Below are positions 19,773 to 30,350 of a stretch of 64,000 nucleotides of DNA, piece after piece. Below the pieces are notes generated by a model, which was not told the origin of the DNA, did not search any database, and was given only the letters and a program-made list of their open reading frames with translations. The stretch's first letter is position 1; every line of letters starts with the position of its first letter. This stretch comes from a candidate division WWE3 bacterium. GTDB lineage: Bacteria > Patescibacteriota > WWE3 > JAPLWK01. The stretch lies in contig JAPLWK010000008.1 in the NCBI GenBank assembly GCA_026396615.1, positions 9,096-73,095 on the forward strand. The letters are read 5' to 3'. Both the position numbers and the translations under genes were made by a program.

Positions 19773-19888
19773 CTATGAGATGCTGGGATTTTCGGTTAGT
19801 ATAGTGTCTGGGCATGCCTGCCCGCCTTTGGAGGGCCCCGCCCTAACTAAATAATCCATAAATTAATATTTCGTTATAGAATTAGAAA

Positions 19889-20128
19889 ATGAAAATGGAC
19901 AAGAAATCTAAAAAAGCTGATCAAATCGGCAATCTTTATCGCGCCGCGCTCTATTTAGCCAAAGATGACGTCGATCAAGCGATCCGATTCATATCTAGTA
20001 ATCCTTATCTCCCTAATCCCCCTTACCACCCCTATCAAATAGAGGAACTTAAAGCAGAACCTAAAACTAGACTTAAATTTGCCGAAAAGCTTCTCGATTT
20101 ATACAAACTCCAACTCCGATTACCCTAA
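19889..20128 (+). CDS. Small hypothetical protein with a 9-nt-period insert
   Basis: Helical ORF interrupted by NPYLPNPPYHPYQ. Confidence 0.6.
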   Translation: MKMDKKSKKADQIGNLYRAALYLAKDDVDQAIRFISSNPYLPNPPYHPYQIEELKAEPKTRLKFAEKLLDLYKLQLRLP

Positions 20129-20954
20129 ATAATGTACCAACCACGCCATAATCATCACATGACCCCCAAAATAAGTGACAACCATCATGCGGGAAATTAA
20201 TTCGACCACTCTCTCGGAAATAGGTCAAACTATGACAGCTACCTTTTGGATAATTTTATAAAAAATAGCAAAATTAATTAAGCGTAATTCCCTACCCATG
20301 TTTTCAATTTCCAACGAATTCCGGAGGGACTATGACACGGCCTATAGCATGTTTGGGATTTATTAGGAGCAGGTCGTTAATCCTGTGGTACAAATGCACA
20401 CGTCGCAAATCCACCAATTCCCGCAAAGCCAAGTTTTCCACATTTCCACGTCATTCCGGGACAAGACCTGGAATCCAGTAAATCTGATTTATCAATTACT
20501 GGATTCCAGATCGCGGCGTCTGGAATGACAAGTTAGATGACCTACCTTCCCTACTTCGTAGCTATGGAGGAAATTAAAGAACCGCACCATTCTCAGGGGC
20601 ATACGCCCTAAGTGCAGTGCGGAATAAAAGCATCCTGGACAGAGGACACTATTGATATTAATAGTATAAGAACCACCGCCGCCGTCAAGAGGATTTTTAG
20701 TGGTTAGGGCATAGGTTTATGAAGGATAACTAAAATAATAAACAGTGGGGCTGTGGAAATGCTGAGAGATAGATTACTTTAAATATGTCATTCCGGGACA
20801 AGACCTGGAATCCAGTAAATCTAAAAAGGCCAATTTCCAACAATTTGCCTAGAATTGGTAGCGAGCAAGGTGAACGTTCTTTCCAAATTGGATATTGGAA
20901 ATTTTACATCTTGTTTTACTAGATTCCGGCTACGGGGCCGGAATGACAAGGAGG

Positions 20955-21974
20955 TTACGGGGTCGCTATTTTTCCAAAGAACATTTTACCAGCTTGCGTT
21001 TGCAGGCTACGAGTGATCTCAATCTCTACATCTTGCCCAACCTGCGATGCTCCGGCTTCAATCACGATCATCGTCCCGTCCTGCAGATAGCCAACGCCTT
21101 GGGTGACGTCTTTACCAACGTTGACAACTTTAATTTGATGTTTTTCTCCTGGAAAAAAGACCGTTCGGAGTCCATTAGCCAGTTCGTTGACGTTTAAGAC
21201 CTTAACGCCATGAGCTTTGGCGACTTTGTTGAGATTAAAATCGACAGTGATGAGTCGCCCTTTTAGGTTCTTAGCCAGAATCACTAGGCGCTTATCGACC
21301 GGGTCATGATCCTCGGCACCGTTGATATTGTTCACAATAGTGGTCCGAATATCTTTATATTTGGTGAGTTCGTTGAGAATCGACAGGCCGTAACGCCCTC
21401 TTTCGCGCTTGAGTTTATCGCTATTATCGGCCAGGTGCTGCAGTTCATCGATGACGCACTGCGGAATAACCAACGGATTTACCCAAAAGCCGCTTTGGAC
21501 GATCGACCAAATCCGGCCGTCAATTAAGGCCGACGTATCAAGGATCCCTGAGTAGAGTCCGCAAAGCTCGTCGAGCTTGGCCTTTTGGGCCGCTTGTGAT
21601 TCTTTTTGGGCCACTCTCATTAAAGCTTCAACTTTCCGCCGTTCCAACCTTTCGGCCTTAGCTTTTTCGGCCAGTCCCCTACTCTCAGTTAAACGCCGGT
21701 TTTGCTCCCTAAAAAATTCGGCCATCGTCTGAGTGATTAAGTGGGTAAAAAAGTTAGTGACAGATGTTCGCAAATAAATAAAGGCATTCGGCAACCACAC
21801 AAAGATTGCCGCCGCCAGCAGTCCCCCAATTATGGTAGGACCTAAATAACGGATATTTAACAAATGAAAATTATTAAATAATAAATTACTAGAGATGTAG
21901 AAGCCAATAAAAAAACCACTCGTTACAGTCACCAAGCGGAATATCAGTAACTTTAATCTAAATTGGAAAACCAC
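20955..21974 (-). CDS. PIN/TRAM domain membrane protein (YacL-like)
   Basis: LDTSALIDGRI, ELQHLAD, TVDFNLNKVA and QGVGYLQDGTMIVIE motifs, downstream of radA. Confidence 0.93.
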   Translation of the reverse strand: MVFQFRLKLLIFRLVTVTSGFFIGFYISSNLLFNNFHLLNIRYLGPTIIGGLLAAAIFVWLPNAFIYLRTSVTNFFTHLITQTMAEFFREQNRRLTESRGLAEKAKAERLERRKVEALMRVAQKESQAAQKAKLDELCGLYSGILDTSALIDGRIWSIVQSGFWVNPLVIPQCVIDELQHLADNSDKLKRERGRYGLSILNELTKYKDIRTTIVNNINGAEDHDPVDKRLVILAKNLKGRLITVDFNLNKVAKAHGVKVLNVNELANGLRTVFFPGEKHQIKVVNVGKDVTQGVGYLQDGTMIVIEAGASQVGQDVEIEITRSLQTQAGKMFFGKIATP

Positions 21975-22173
21975 TTCTCCATCCTAACACGCTAAAATTA
22001 ATAATTCCTGAAGTTTCGCTGAAATGAAAAAGGACATCTTTATCGGATCAGATAAAAATGTCCTTACGAACTAATGCGCATGAGCGTTACACCAATGGAC
22101 GATGTAGCGCCGGCTACGATTCGACAGTGGAACCCCATCAACATAACGATCCCACCCAAAGAACGACCGAACT

Positions 22174-22545
22174 TTAACCTTTCTTCTTTGGCTTTGGCCC
22201 TGGATTTGGGCAACGTGACGAACCTCCAAAGATCATCACCACAAAAGACGATGTCCCCATGAACGCCGCCACCAATAACATTACGACAAATTCACAACAA
22301 AACACCGTTCCCTCGCCTATGACCTGAAAAGCTTCGTAGAACGCTAATCCGCTGCCACCAATCGAAGAAATAATTAGAGCGACAACAACAGCTACAAAAA
22401 GAGCCGCCACCACAATACTTTCAGATAGCCCACGACCCAAAAGGTAATGGTAAATAAGGCCGAAGACTACCCATAGCAAAACAACATCCAGCACAGGCAA
22501 CACGACGACCCAAAAGCGTCTAGAATTTTCGTTATTTGATGGCAC
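22174..22545 (-). CDS. Hypothetical small membrane protein
   Basis: AGGAGGAG RBS, GTG start, 3 hydrophobic segments. Confidence 0.65.
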   Translation of the reverse strand: MPSNNENSRRFWVVVLPVLDVVLLWVVFGLIYHYLLGRGLSESIVVAALFVAVVVALIISSIGGSGLAFYEAFQVIGEGTVFCCEFVVMLLVAAFMGTSSFVVMIFGGSSRCPNPGPKPKKKG

Positions 22546-22716
22546 TTTCTCTCCTCCTTTTTCGAATTCGAACGATTAATGCGCTGATTATGCCACCTTT
22601 TATCCAATTTGTCATTCCGGGACAAGACCTGGAATCCAGTAATAAATTCGATTTTAAATTTTGAAAATTAATCATTAATAATTGATTAAAAATTAAAAAT
22701 TAAAAATTTATTTAAA

Positions 22717-24141
22717 TTAATTTGATTTACTGGATTCTGAATCAAGTTCAGAATGACGAATGAGGCTTTGCAACGCTTTGTATACGCTCTTATAACCATC
22801 ACTACTCACATTTTTGGTAAATCCCAGCTTCTTGGATTCGTTTAAACGGCGGCTCGCTTGCGGCACTTGACGCAATTCTCCCGAAAGACCAACTTCACCA
22901 AAGACGACCGTTTTGGCGTCAATTGGTTTATTGGCGACACTACTAGCGACGGCCGCGCAGATTGCCAGATCAACCGCTGGTTCCGAGGCGGTAAAGCCGG
23001 AAGCAACATTAATGTAAACGTCTTTGTCTGACGTTTTAACGCCACAGTGACGTTCGAGTACTGCCAGTAGAAGATTGACGCGATTAATGTTAACACCGGA
23101 TGAAGTACGACGAGGGTAACCAAAAGTGGTTTTTTGCGTTAAAGCTTGAATTTCGACGAGAAGTGGCCGCACGCCTTCAAGAGTGACAGTGACCACCGAG
23201 CCGCTCTGGTTAGCCAACCGTTCCCCTAAAAATAAGTCGCTGGGATTGGCGACTTCTTTTAGACCTTTTTCGACCATTTCTAAAACTCCAACCTCAAAAA
23301 CCGCCCCAAAACGGTTTTTAGTGGTTCGTAACAAGCGATAAAAATGCTGGCCATCGCCTTCAAAGCTTAGAACTGTATCCACAATGTGCTCTAATACTTT
23401 GGGACCGGCGATATCGCCGTCTTTTGTAACATGGCCAACGAGGACAGTTGGGATCCCAAGGCGCTTGGCGGCGGCGGTTAACCGAGCCGCACTCTCTCTG
23501 ATTTGAGCGACAGAACCGGCAAAACTGGAAAGTTCCGAAGTCCACATCGTTTGGACGGAGTCGATGATAAGAAGACCTAAGTTTTGACGGGATTCAAGAG
23601 TGGAAATAATATTGTCTACATTAGTTTCCGAGAGGATTTCAATATTTTCCGACAGTGACCCAACCCGTTTGGCCCGCGAGGCAATCTGGCTGGCCGATTC
23701 CTCCCCAGCCACATAAAGCACACTGCCGCTATCACCCATATCCCCCTTATCTCCCTTATCGACTAAACCCCCTATTTTACTGGCGATTTGAATCAACAAC
23801 GTCGACTTTCCAATCCCCGGTTCGCCAGCGAGAAGTACGACCTGCCCCGGCAGCAACCCACCGCCAAGGACCCGATCCACCTCACCAAATCCCGTTGAGA
23901 TCCGATTATAAGTCGTGCTCTTGACTTCGCTGAGTTTAACTGTTGACCCGGCGAGAGCCGATGATTCTGACGCCATGCGACTATTTTTTACTTTTACTGG
24001 AGCTTTAGCGCTTTTAGTCTGCTCTATTAACGTATTCCACTCACCGCATTTTGGGCACTGCCCAGCCCACCGCAGAGACTCGTTGCCGCAATTCTGGCAC
24101 ACAAAAACCGAAGACGATTTCATGAGATTAGTATAGCTCAT
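22717..24141 (-). CDS. radA: DNA repair protein RadA/Sms
   Basis: C4 zinc finger, GEPGIGKST, KNRFG and Lon-like C-terminal domain. Confidence 0.97.
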   Translation of the reverse strand: MSYTNLMKSSSVFVCQNCGNESLRWAGQCPKCGEWNTLIEQTKSAKAPVKVKNSRMASESSALAGSTVKLSEVKSTTYNRISTGFGEVDRVLGGGLLPGQVVLLAGEPGIGKSTLLIQIASKIGGLVDKGDKGDMGDSGSVLYVAGEESASQIASRAKRVGSLSENIEILSETNVDNIISTLESRQNLGLLIIDSVQTMWTSELSSFAGSVAQIRESAARLTAAAKRLGIPTVLVGHVTKDGDIAGPKVLEHIVDTVLSFEGDGQHFYRLLRTTKNRFGAVFEVGVLEMVEKGLKEVANPSDLFLGERLANQSGSVVTVTLEGVRPLLVEIQALTQKTTFGYPRRTSSGVNINRVNLLLAVLERHCGVKTSDKDVYINVASGFTASEPAVDLAICAAVASSVANKPIDAKTVVFGEVGLSGELRQVPQASRRLNESKKLGFTKNVSSDGYKSVYKALQSLIRHSELDSESSKSN

Positions 24142-24263
24142 TCACAAACCAACCAATCTCCGCCAAAGGCGGATTGATGCCTACTAGACTCGCAAAGCTC
24201 GTCAAGTAGTCAGTCAAAAAAAAGCAGGCGATTGTTATTAAAACTTTCGCCTGCCTTAAAATT

Positions 24264-24587
24264 TTAGAACATCATGCTAACTCTTGTAGACGAATGTCCT
24301 GATAATTTAATGTTTAATTCACAGACGGCAGCGCTGGCGATATTTTGGTACCTAATATCTTTTTTTCCAACCACCAGTTGAATAGTCACACGCCCGTCCC
24401 AGTACGTATTACGGTGCGCTAACACGTGCTTTCGAAGATCTCTGCATGAAAATCTTCCCAAGCCTCGGCCCCCACGAATATTCTGCATTACATTTTCGAC
24501 AATTATGCCTGTCAGCTTCGCGTTTTCGGCCTGCTGACCAGACCAATCTTCGTCCAGACTCTTTGGAACGCCCTTAAATGGCCACAT
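24264..24587 (-). CDS. Hypothetical protein
   Basis: AAGGAG RBS, own promoter and terminator-like hairpin. Confidence 0.6.
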   Translation of the reverse strand: MWPFKGVPKSLDEDWSGQQAENAKLTGIIVENVMQNIRGGRGLGRFSCRDLRKHVLAHRNTYWDGRVTIQLVVGKKDIRYQNIASAAVCELNIKLSGHSSTRVSMMF

Positions 24588-24750
24588 AGTCTCTCTCCTT
24601 AATTACTTAGTTTTGATCAAGCGCATTATAACCAATTGCCACTATAAGTCAAGGTAAAAACAAAAAAGCCCTCTTGCGAGAGCTCCTTTGTGTGCTTGCA
24701 CCAGATTAGGTGATAGCAGGTCCATCAAACGAAATTATACACTAATCTAT

Positions 24751-24833
24751 CGAGGACGGGGCATGCCCCGTCCCTACACGTATCTGCAGGAGGCCTCCTT
24801 TAGATCTGTAGGGACGACTCATGGGTCGTCCTC
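24751..24833. repeat. GTAG-type REP doublet
   Basis: Near-identical to 3735-3820. Confidence 0.88.
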
Positions 24834-25254
24834 AAACCAACATTCGAAATAATTCGTATTAATTCGAATCAATTCGCATGATTCATATAAAGTCTTAAAG
24901 GTGGAAAGAACTATATGCCTTACGGGCATTACTCGGCAGTTTAAGCTGACTGCAAAACTGGTCGATCTAGCTGCGTGAGCAAATCTAGATTAAATTCACT
25001 TAAGCGCAACGACTAATACTCTTAAGTGCGAATCTCGGCTAAGGATTGAGCCTATATTCTAGCTAGTCCGTAATCAAAATGATCGCGCGACTTCTCAATC
25101 GTCTCGAAATTCTAAATACTCCCTAGAAAGGAGGTGATCCAGCCCCAGATTCCCCTAGGGCTACCTTGTTACGACTTAAGCCTGATCGCTAGACATAACC
25201 TCCCCCGATAAATCGGGGTTCAGATATCCCTAACTTTCCTGCCTTGACGGGCGG

Positions 25255-26087
25255 AACCGGGTACTTAGAAGTTTGTCCCGTCCCCACTCCGGCGAGCGGA
25301 TTTCCCGCACCGGGCGAGTCCCTATGCTTTTAATGATCTAACTTCTTGTAGTCCTTCGTTGGTTAAGTGCTTTTTGTTTTTAATTAATTCTGCGACTTGG
25401 CAGAACTTCTTAAACTCAAAACGCTTCTTTGCTTGTGGTGGGTAACTTTGAAAATATGGAATTATTTTCTCAGAAATATCCTTAAAATTACTTACTTTTA
25501 ACTTTACGTGCGGTCGCCATTTAGCGTAACGCTCATAATTTAAACGGTAAATATTTCCACAACCAAGAGATTGTTTTATTTCCTGTAAAATCGGTTCGTC
25601 ATCTTCCCGCAGTTCAATCTCAAATATGAGACGAACTTCCGGAAATCTGTCTTTATGATTATTAACAGAAATACTAAAACAACCTTCTCCATCAACGAAT
25701 CCAACTACATAGTTTGGATCTAACATAAGGTTCATCCCTTCATCTCCAGACTACCAAATAAAATACGAAGTAGCAAGAGATTACTATGGACTCAGCTGAC
25801 TTCTCGTAAAGCAATTGCTTCAATCTTTACGAGATCTCTCTGGGTCATTTAGAAAACTGTTCCAGGCATCCGAACGAGAGTCACTTCCTCATGACACACC
25901 ATGAGTCGATTTGACTATCCCTGTCAACGGGATTTCGGCTGCCTTTTGCCTCAGGCCCTCCAGACCAGCGCCTCGCGGCTCTGGACCTGCCATGTTATTT
26001 TCTTGACTACCACATTCAGTTTTCATGAACGTGGGATGGATTTTAACCATCTAGTTTTCTAAACTGCCAGACGCGCAATTAAATTTT
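25255..26087 (-). mobile_element. Group II intron in 16S after A1398 (E. coli numbering)
   Basis: Splits GCACACA|CCGCCCGTC. D5-like hairpin with CGC triad, D6 with bulged A, EBS1 loop GTGTGT at 25894-25899. Confidence 0.85.
25322..25735 (-). CDS. Single-motif LAGLIDADG homing endonuclease in group II intron domain IV
   Basis: YVVGFVDGEGCFSI, LGCGNIY, IIPYF and KHLTNEGL motifs. Confidence 0.95.
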   Translation of the reverse strand: MNLMLDPNYVVGFVDGEGCFSISVNNHKDRFPEVRLIFEIELREDDEPILQEIKQSLGCGNIYRLNYERYAKWRPHVKLKVSNFKDISEKIIPYFQSYPPQAKKRFEFKKFCQVAELIKNKKHLTNEGLQEVRSLKA

Positions 26088-26687
26088 TGTGTGCAAGACC
26101 CGAGAACGTATTCACCGCAGTATAGCTGACCTGCGATTACTAGCAACTCCAGCTTCATGAGGGCGAGTTGCAGCCCTCAATCCGAACTAAGGTCCACTTT
26201 TGTGGGATTTGCTCCACCTTACGATTTCGCTTCCCTTTGTAGTGGCCATTGTGGCATGTTTCTAGCCCCAGGCATAAGGGCAATACCGACTTGACGTCAT
26301 CCCCGCCTTCCTCCCTCTTGCGAGGGCAGTTCCACTAGAGTGATACAACTAGTAGTAGGGGTTGCGCTCGTTGACCCACTGAAGGGTACGTCTCACGATA
26401 CGAGCTGACGACAGCCATGCAACACCTGTGATAGCCTTCTTGCGAATTTCCCGCGTTTCTGCGGAATAGGACGCTATCATGTCAAACCTGGGTAAGGTTC
26501 TTCGGTTATCATCGAATTAAAGAACATGCTTCGCTGCTTGTGCGGGTCCCCGCCAATTCCTTTGAGTTTTAAGCTTGCGCTCGTACTTCCCAGGCGGTCG
26601 ACTTAACGCGTTAGCTTCGACGAACAATCCACCTTGCGGCGGGCCATCCATCCAGTCGACATAGTTTACGGCGTGGACTACACGGGT

Positions 26688-27653
26688 CATCGTGTATTTT
26701 AGCTCCTATTACTAGGAGGATCGGACTATATCATTCACTGAAATGTTTGTGACGACTTTGCTTATCTTTAAGATAAAATCGCACCACTTCTTCCGAAAAA
26801 CCGGAAGACGTAATCACTTCAGAGATCCAGCGTTGCTGAAGAATTGAATCTTTGTATAGAAGCAATACTTTAGGCAACATTTGAGGAACTGGTACATAAG
26901 GAATTATGAGCCTTAAGAATTTTTTTAGTTCTTCTACAGAACTTAAATAAACTCTGCTATAGACCTTATTAACCAACGGGCGATGGACAAATCCAACGCT
27001 CGTGTTAATACCCCAAACGATTTTAAAATATCTTTTAATAATTTCGGCTTCTTTTAAGGAATAGCCATCTGTACAAAAAACCCCTTTGCGTTCCCCAATG
27101 ATAGAACCATCATCAAACCACCAGATTGCCAGAGCAAGTGGGGTTAATTTGTTCAACCATCTTCGGGAAACAAGCTTTTTTTGCCTTTTTGTAACCAAGT
27201 TATAATAACCGGTTAAAACTGGCAAAGCTAAGCTTTGATAACGCAACTTAGGATTCTTACTGTAACCATCAGCTGGTTGCTCCCAACAACAAGAGTCGCT
27301 TGATATTTCCTTAAGTTTAGACATTTTCCACCAAAAATATTCTTTCTGGTTTATTGAATGCCTAAAGGATAATCTCGCGTTTTTGTAATTAGGATTTACA
27401 GCTATTGAGGCATCTCCTAAAAGAGAACCTAAAACCACTGCTTCACATTCTTTTGACAAAGGTGTTAGCTTCATTAAGCTATTTTACACCAACTGTCGTC
27501 AATTCTTCATAGTCTCTACGGGAGTCGCCTTAGGCGACCTTCCCTCGGGATTGACCTAAAATAAATTTAGGGTTTCCCCGATACAGCTGAATGCTCATCT
27601 CGATATCGCTATCGAGAGGGACACCATTCCCCCGATAAAATCGGGGACGGACT
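26688..27653 (-). mobile_element. Group I intron in 16S after U793
   Basis: Splits GGATTAGAT|ACCC. Exon ends in U and intron ends in G. IGS GGTGTC, Q (AATCCCGAG), R (GTAGAGACTA) and S (GATATAGTCC) elements. Confidence 0.92.
26731..27474 (-). CDS. LAGLIDADG_2 homing endonuclease in group I intron
   Basis: VLGSLLGDASI and LAIWWFDDGS motifs, FCTDGYS. Confidence 0.95.
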   Translation of the reverse strand: MKLTPLSKECEAVVLGSLLGDASIAVNPNYKNARLSFRHSINQKEYFWWKMSKLKEISSDSCCWEQPADGYSKNPKLRYQSLALPVLTGYYNLVTKRQKKLVSRRWLNKLTPLALAIWWFDDGSIIGERKGVFCTDGYSLKEAEIIKRYFKIVWGINTSVGFVHRPLVNKVYSRVYLSSVEELKKFLRLIIPYVPVPQMLPKVLLLYKDSILQQRWISEVITSSGFSEEVVRFYLKDKQSRHKHFSE

Positions 27654-28767
27654 ATCTAATCCGTTTTGCTCCCCACGCTTTCGTATCTCAGCGTCAGAAA
27701 ATTCCCAGGTAGCTGCCTACGCCTTTGGTGTTCCAAGTGCTCTCAACGCATTTCACTGCTACTGCACTTGTTCCGCTACCCCCTAAATATCTCTAGTCTA
27801 GAAGTATCACAAGCAGTTCCAAGGTTGAGCCTTGGGATTTCACCTGTGACTATCTAAACCGCCTACATAACTCTTTACGCCCAATAAATCCGGATAATGC
27901 TTGGATCCTACGTATGACCGCTGCTGCTGGCACGTAGTTAGCCGATCCTTCTTAACGTCGGTTTACGACCCGAAGGCCTTCATCCCGCACGCGGCGTCGC
28001 TGGGTCAGACTTTCGTCCATTGCCCAAAATTCCCGATTGCTGCCATCCGTAGATGTGGGGGCCGTGTCGCAGTCCCCCTCTGGCTGGTCATCCTCGTGAG
28101 ACCAGCTACCCGTCATAGACTTGGTGGGCCTTTACCCCGCCAACTATCTGATAGGCCGCAGGCTCATCCTAAAGCGGCTTGCGCCTTTACTCTTAACTTT
28201 TTACAGTCAGAGACTATTGGGTATTACCTAATCTTTCGACTAGCTATTCCCATCTTTAGGGTAGATTCCTACGTGTTACTCAGCCGTCTGCCGCTACTTA
28301 AACCCTTGCGGGTCTAAATCGCTCGACTTGCATACCTTAGGCACGCCGCCAGCATTTATCCTGAACCAGGATCAAATTCTCAAAAAAAATTCTTTCCACC
28401 TTTAAAACTTTACTTTATCAATGTGATGTCACTTCAATCACGATTTAGTGACACCTATTTGGTTATCAAGGTGCATACCCTTACTTGTCATTCCGGGCTT
28501 GACCCGGAATCCAGTAAACCAACAGTCCGAAACATCCTAATTAATCCGAAATGGTATCCGAATTAATCCTAATATCGGACGGGTCTTAAAAACAAATAAA
28601 CCCCAGGTCTGCCCTGCGGTTTTTATGTTTAGCTGTAGTAGTATCCCAAAGGACTTACTAAAAGCGTTTGGTAGAGTTACTTTTAACTTATGCAGGGAGG
28701 TTTGTCAACGGCCAAAAGAGGTGCTAAAGTAGCGCTCATCTGAATACTCAGAAAGAGGAGACAAGAA

Positions 28768-29160
28768 ATGAATAGTTCCTGGTCATATCAACCTATCATG
28801 GACGGCATTATCCGTTATGTAAACGAAAAGGAGTTGCGAAGGCTCGGACTGGAATCTGCTTACGTTCTAACAGTTTCCGCTAACCTAGCAACAGTTAGGT
28901 CTTCCTGTATTGGCATAAGCCCGCTAAATGGACGGGGCTTTTGCGGCAATGTTACTTTCAGAATTAACGGTCGTGACGGTGTTAAAGTGTCGAAAATAGA
29001 AGTCGTTTGGAATGGCTACACTAACACCGAGGTAAGTGGCATTGATAAACCACGCCTCCTAGAGATGCTTCTCAAAGTGGTCGCTTTGCTACCAATGGAT
29101 CTAACCGAACCCGGCTTTTCCAAAAAATGGATGCAGCACCTTAAACAAGCCTGGGAATAA
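28768..29160 (+). CDS. Hypothetical protein (paralog of 29279-29701)
   Basis: GAGGAG RBS, own terminator. Confidence 0.75.
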   Translation: MNSSWSYQPIMDGIIRYVNEKELRRLGLESAYVLTVSANLATVRSSCIGISPLNGRGFCGNVTFRINGRDGVKVSKIEVVWNGYTNTEVSGIDKPRLLEMLLKVVALLPMDLTEPGFSKKWMQHLKQAWE

Positions 29161-29176
29161 TAAACCACTCTTAGTA

Positions 29177-29215
29177 CACCCGATCTTGTTTTAAAAGCAA
29201 TTTCGGGTGTTTTTG
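29177..29215 (+). terminator. Terminator hairpin, duplicated at 29716-29750
   Basis: CACCCGATCTTGTTTTAAAAGCAATTTCGGGTG in both copies. Confidence 0.8.
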
Positions 29216-29278
29216 TTTGATCTAAAAGCCTTAAAGTGCTAAAGTGCGGTCACCAAAACTTTAGAAGGAGAAGATTAA

Positions 29279-29701
29279 ATGAGTATCTGGAATGCTGACG
29301 ATGGCAGTGAGGTAAGGCTCGTCGACAAAGATCGCTTGAGAGAGCTTGGGGCGCGTGCAGTTAGTATTATGGCCTGCCGAACAGATTGCAGATTAGATTA
29401 CTTGGAGCTGTTATTTACAATCGCCTACACGGCAAGTGATAACCAAAGCCTAATCTTTAGCGCTGTGTTTGTACCAAATGGCCAAAAAAACAAAGTAACC
29501 AGTGGATTAACTTTCCGCAGACTTGGTTACTGGGAACAAGATTCAGCAGAATTAAAGATAGAGGCCTTAAAGATCGTAAAAGCGATAATGAATCTCTACG
29601 TCCAAAATCAAGCCTACTCAGGATTTCTAAACTCAAGAAATATAGAATTGCTGAAGATGGTTTGGGATAACGCATCAGTTTCTAACATCATCGAAAAATA
29701 G
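29279..29701 (+). CDS. Hypothetical protein (paralog of 28768-29160)
   Basis: AAGGAG RBS, same promoter word GTGCTAAAGT and same terminator. Confidence 0.75.
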   Translation: MSIWNADDGSEVRLVDKDRLRELGARAVSIMACRTDCRLDYLELLFTIAYTASDNQSLIFSAVFVPNGQKNKVTSGLTFRRLGYWEQDSAELKIEALKIVKAIMNLYVQNQAYSGFLNSRNIELLKMVWDNASVSNIIEK

Positions 29702-29858
29702 TCGTTACCTACCGCACACCCGATCTTGTTTTAAAAGCAATTTCGGGTGTCATCTTTTTTGATCACTGACAAAATTTGCCGATCGGCATAAAATGTCGGA
29801 CTTGTCTGCTGGCCATGCCTTGTTGCAGCAGCATTTCTGTGCTACCATTCTGGGTGTT

Positions 29859-30170
29859 ATGAAGGTAGTTCTAGTTGCCTTAACCTCAAGCTTATTTTTA
29901 TTGGCCACATCGGATCAAACTTTTGCCAAGAGTTACAGTGTGAACACTTTTAAGGCACCAAAAATAACAGCTCCCAAGTCATACGTTTATAAAGCACCAA
30001 AGATACAAACTTTTAAACCCACTACCTATCGTAACTATACAGGCGGTGGAACCTTAAAATATCAAAATGGTTACTTCAAGCCATCTACAGGTACGTATGT
30101 TCAGGGATATCTTAAAACTAAACCCGACAACTACACCTGGAACAACCGCAAGTCTCTTTACGGCTATTAA
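29859..30170 (+). CDS. Small secreted basic protein (GY..GTYV.GY.T.PD..NN type)
   Basis: Signal peptide and NGYFKPSTGTYVQGYLKTKPDNYTWNN. Confidence 0.7.
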   Translation: MKVVLVALTSSLFLLATSDQTFAKSYSVNTFKAPKITAPKSYVYKAPKIQTFKPTTYRNYTGGGTLKYQNGYFKPSTGTYVQGYLKTKPDNYTWNNRKSLYGY

Positions 30171-30350
30171 AAAATTAGTAGTGCGTAATTCTCCTTTTTC
30201 CACCTAGGCTATTTCTTTTTCAACCACGGACAAATAGCAGCGGGTGCAGTAAATTGTCAATCGCTACCTCTTCGGTCACTATGCTTGTACTGACGATGTT
30301 TCTGTGCTACCGTAAGCGAAATCAATCGAATCTAATTAAGGAGAGGAAAA

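Larger units (their letters stand above)
25127..28387 (-). rRNA. rrs: 16S rRNA interrupted by two introns (exons ~28387-27654, 26687-26088, 25254-25127)
   Basis: AGAATTTGATCCTGG, GTGCCAGCAGCAGCGGT, AAACTCAAAGGAATTG, AAGTCGTAACAAGG and anti-SD CACCTCCTTT. Flanks 24887-24910 and 28390-28413 are complementary (processing stem). Confidence 0.98.

Noticed and set aside
27666-28317. ORFs of 63 and 138 aa
   Set aside because: They are antisense shadows of the 16S rRNA.
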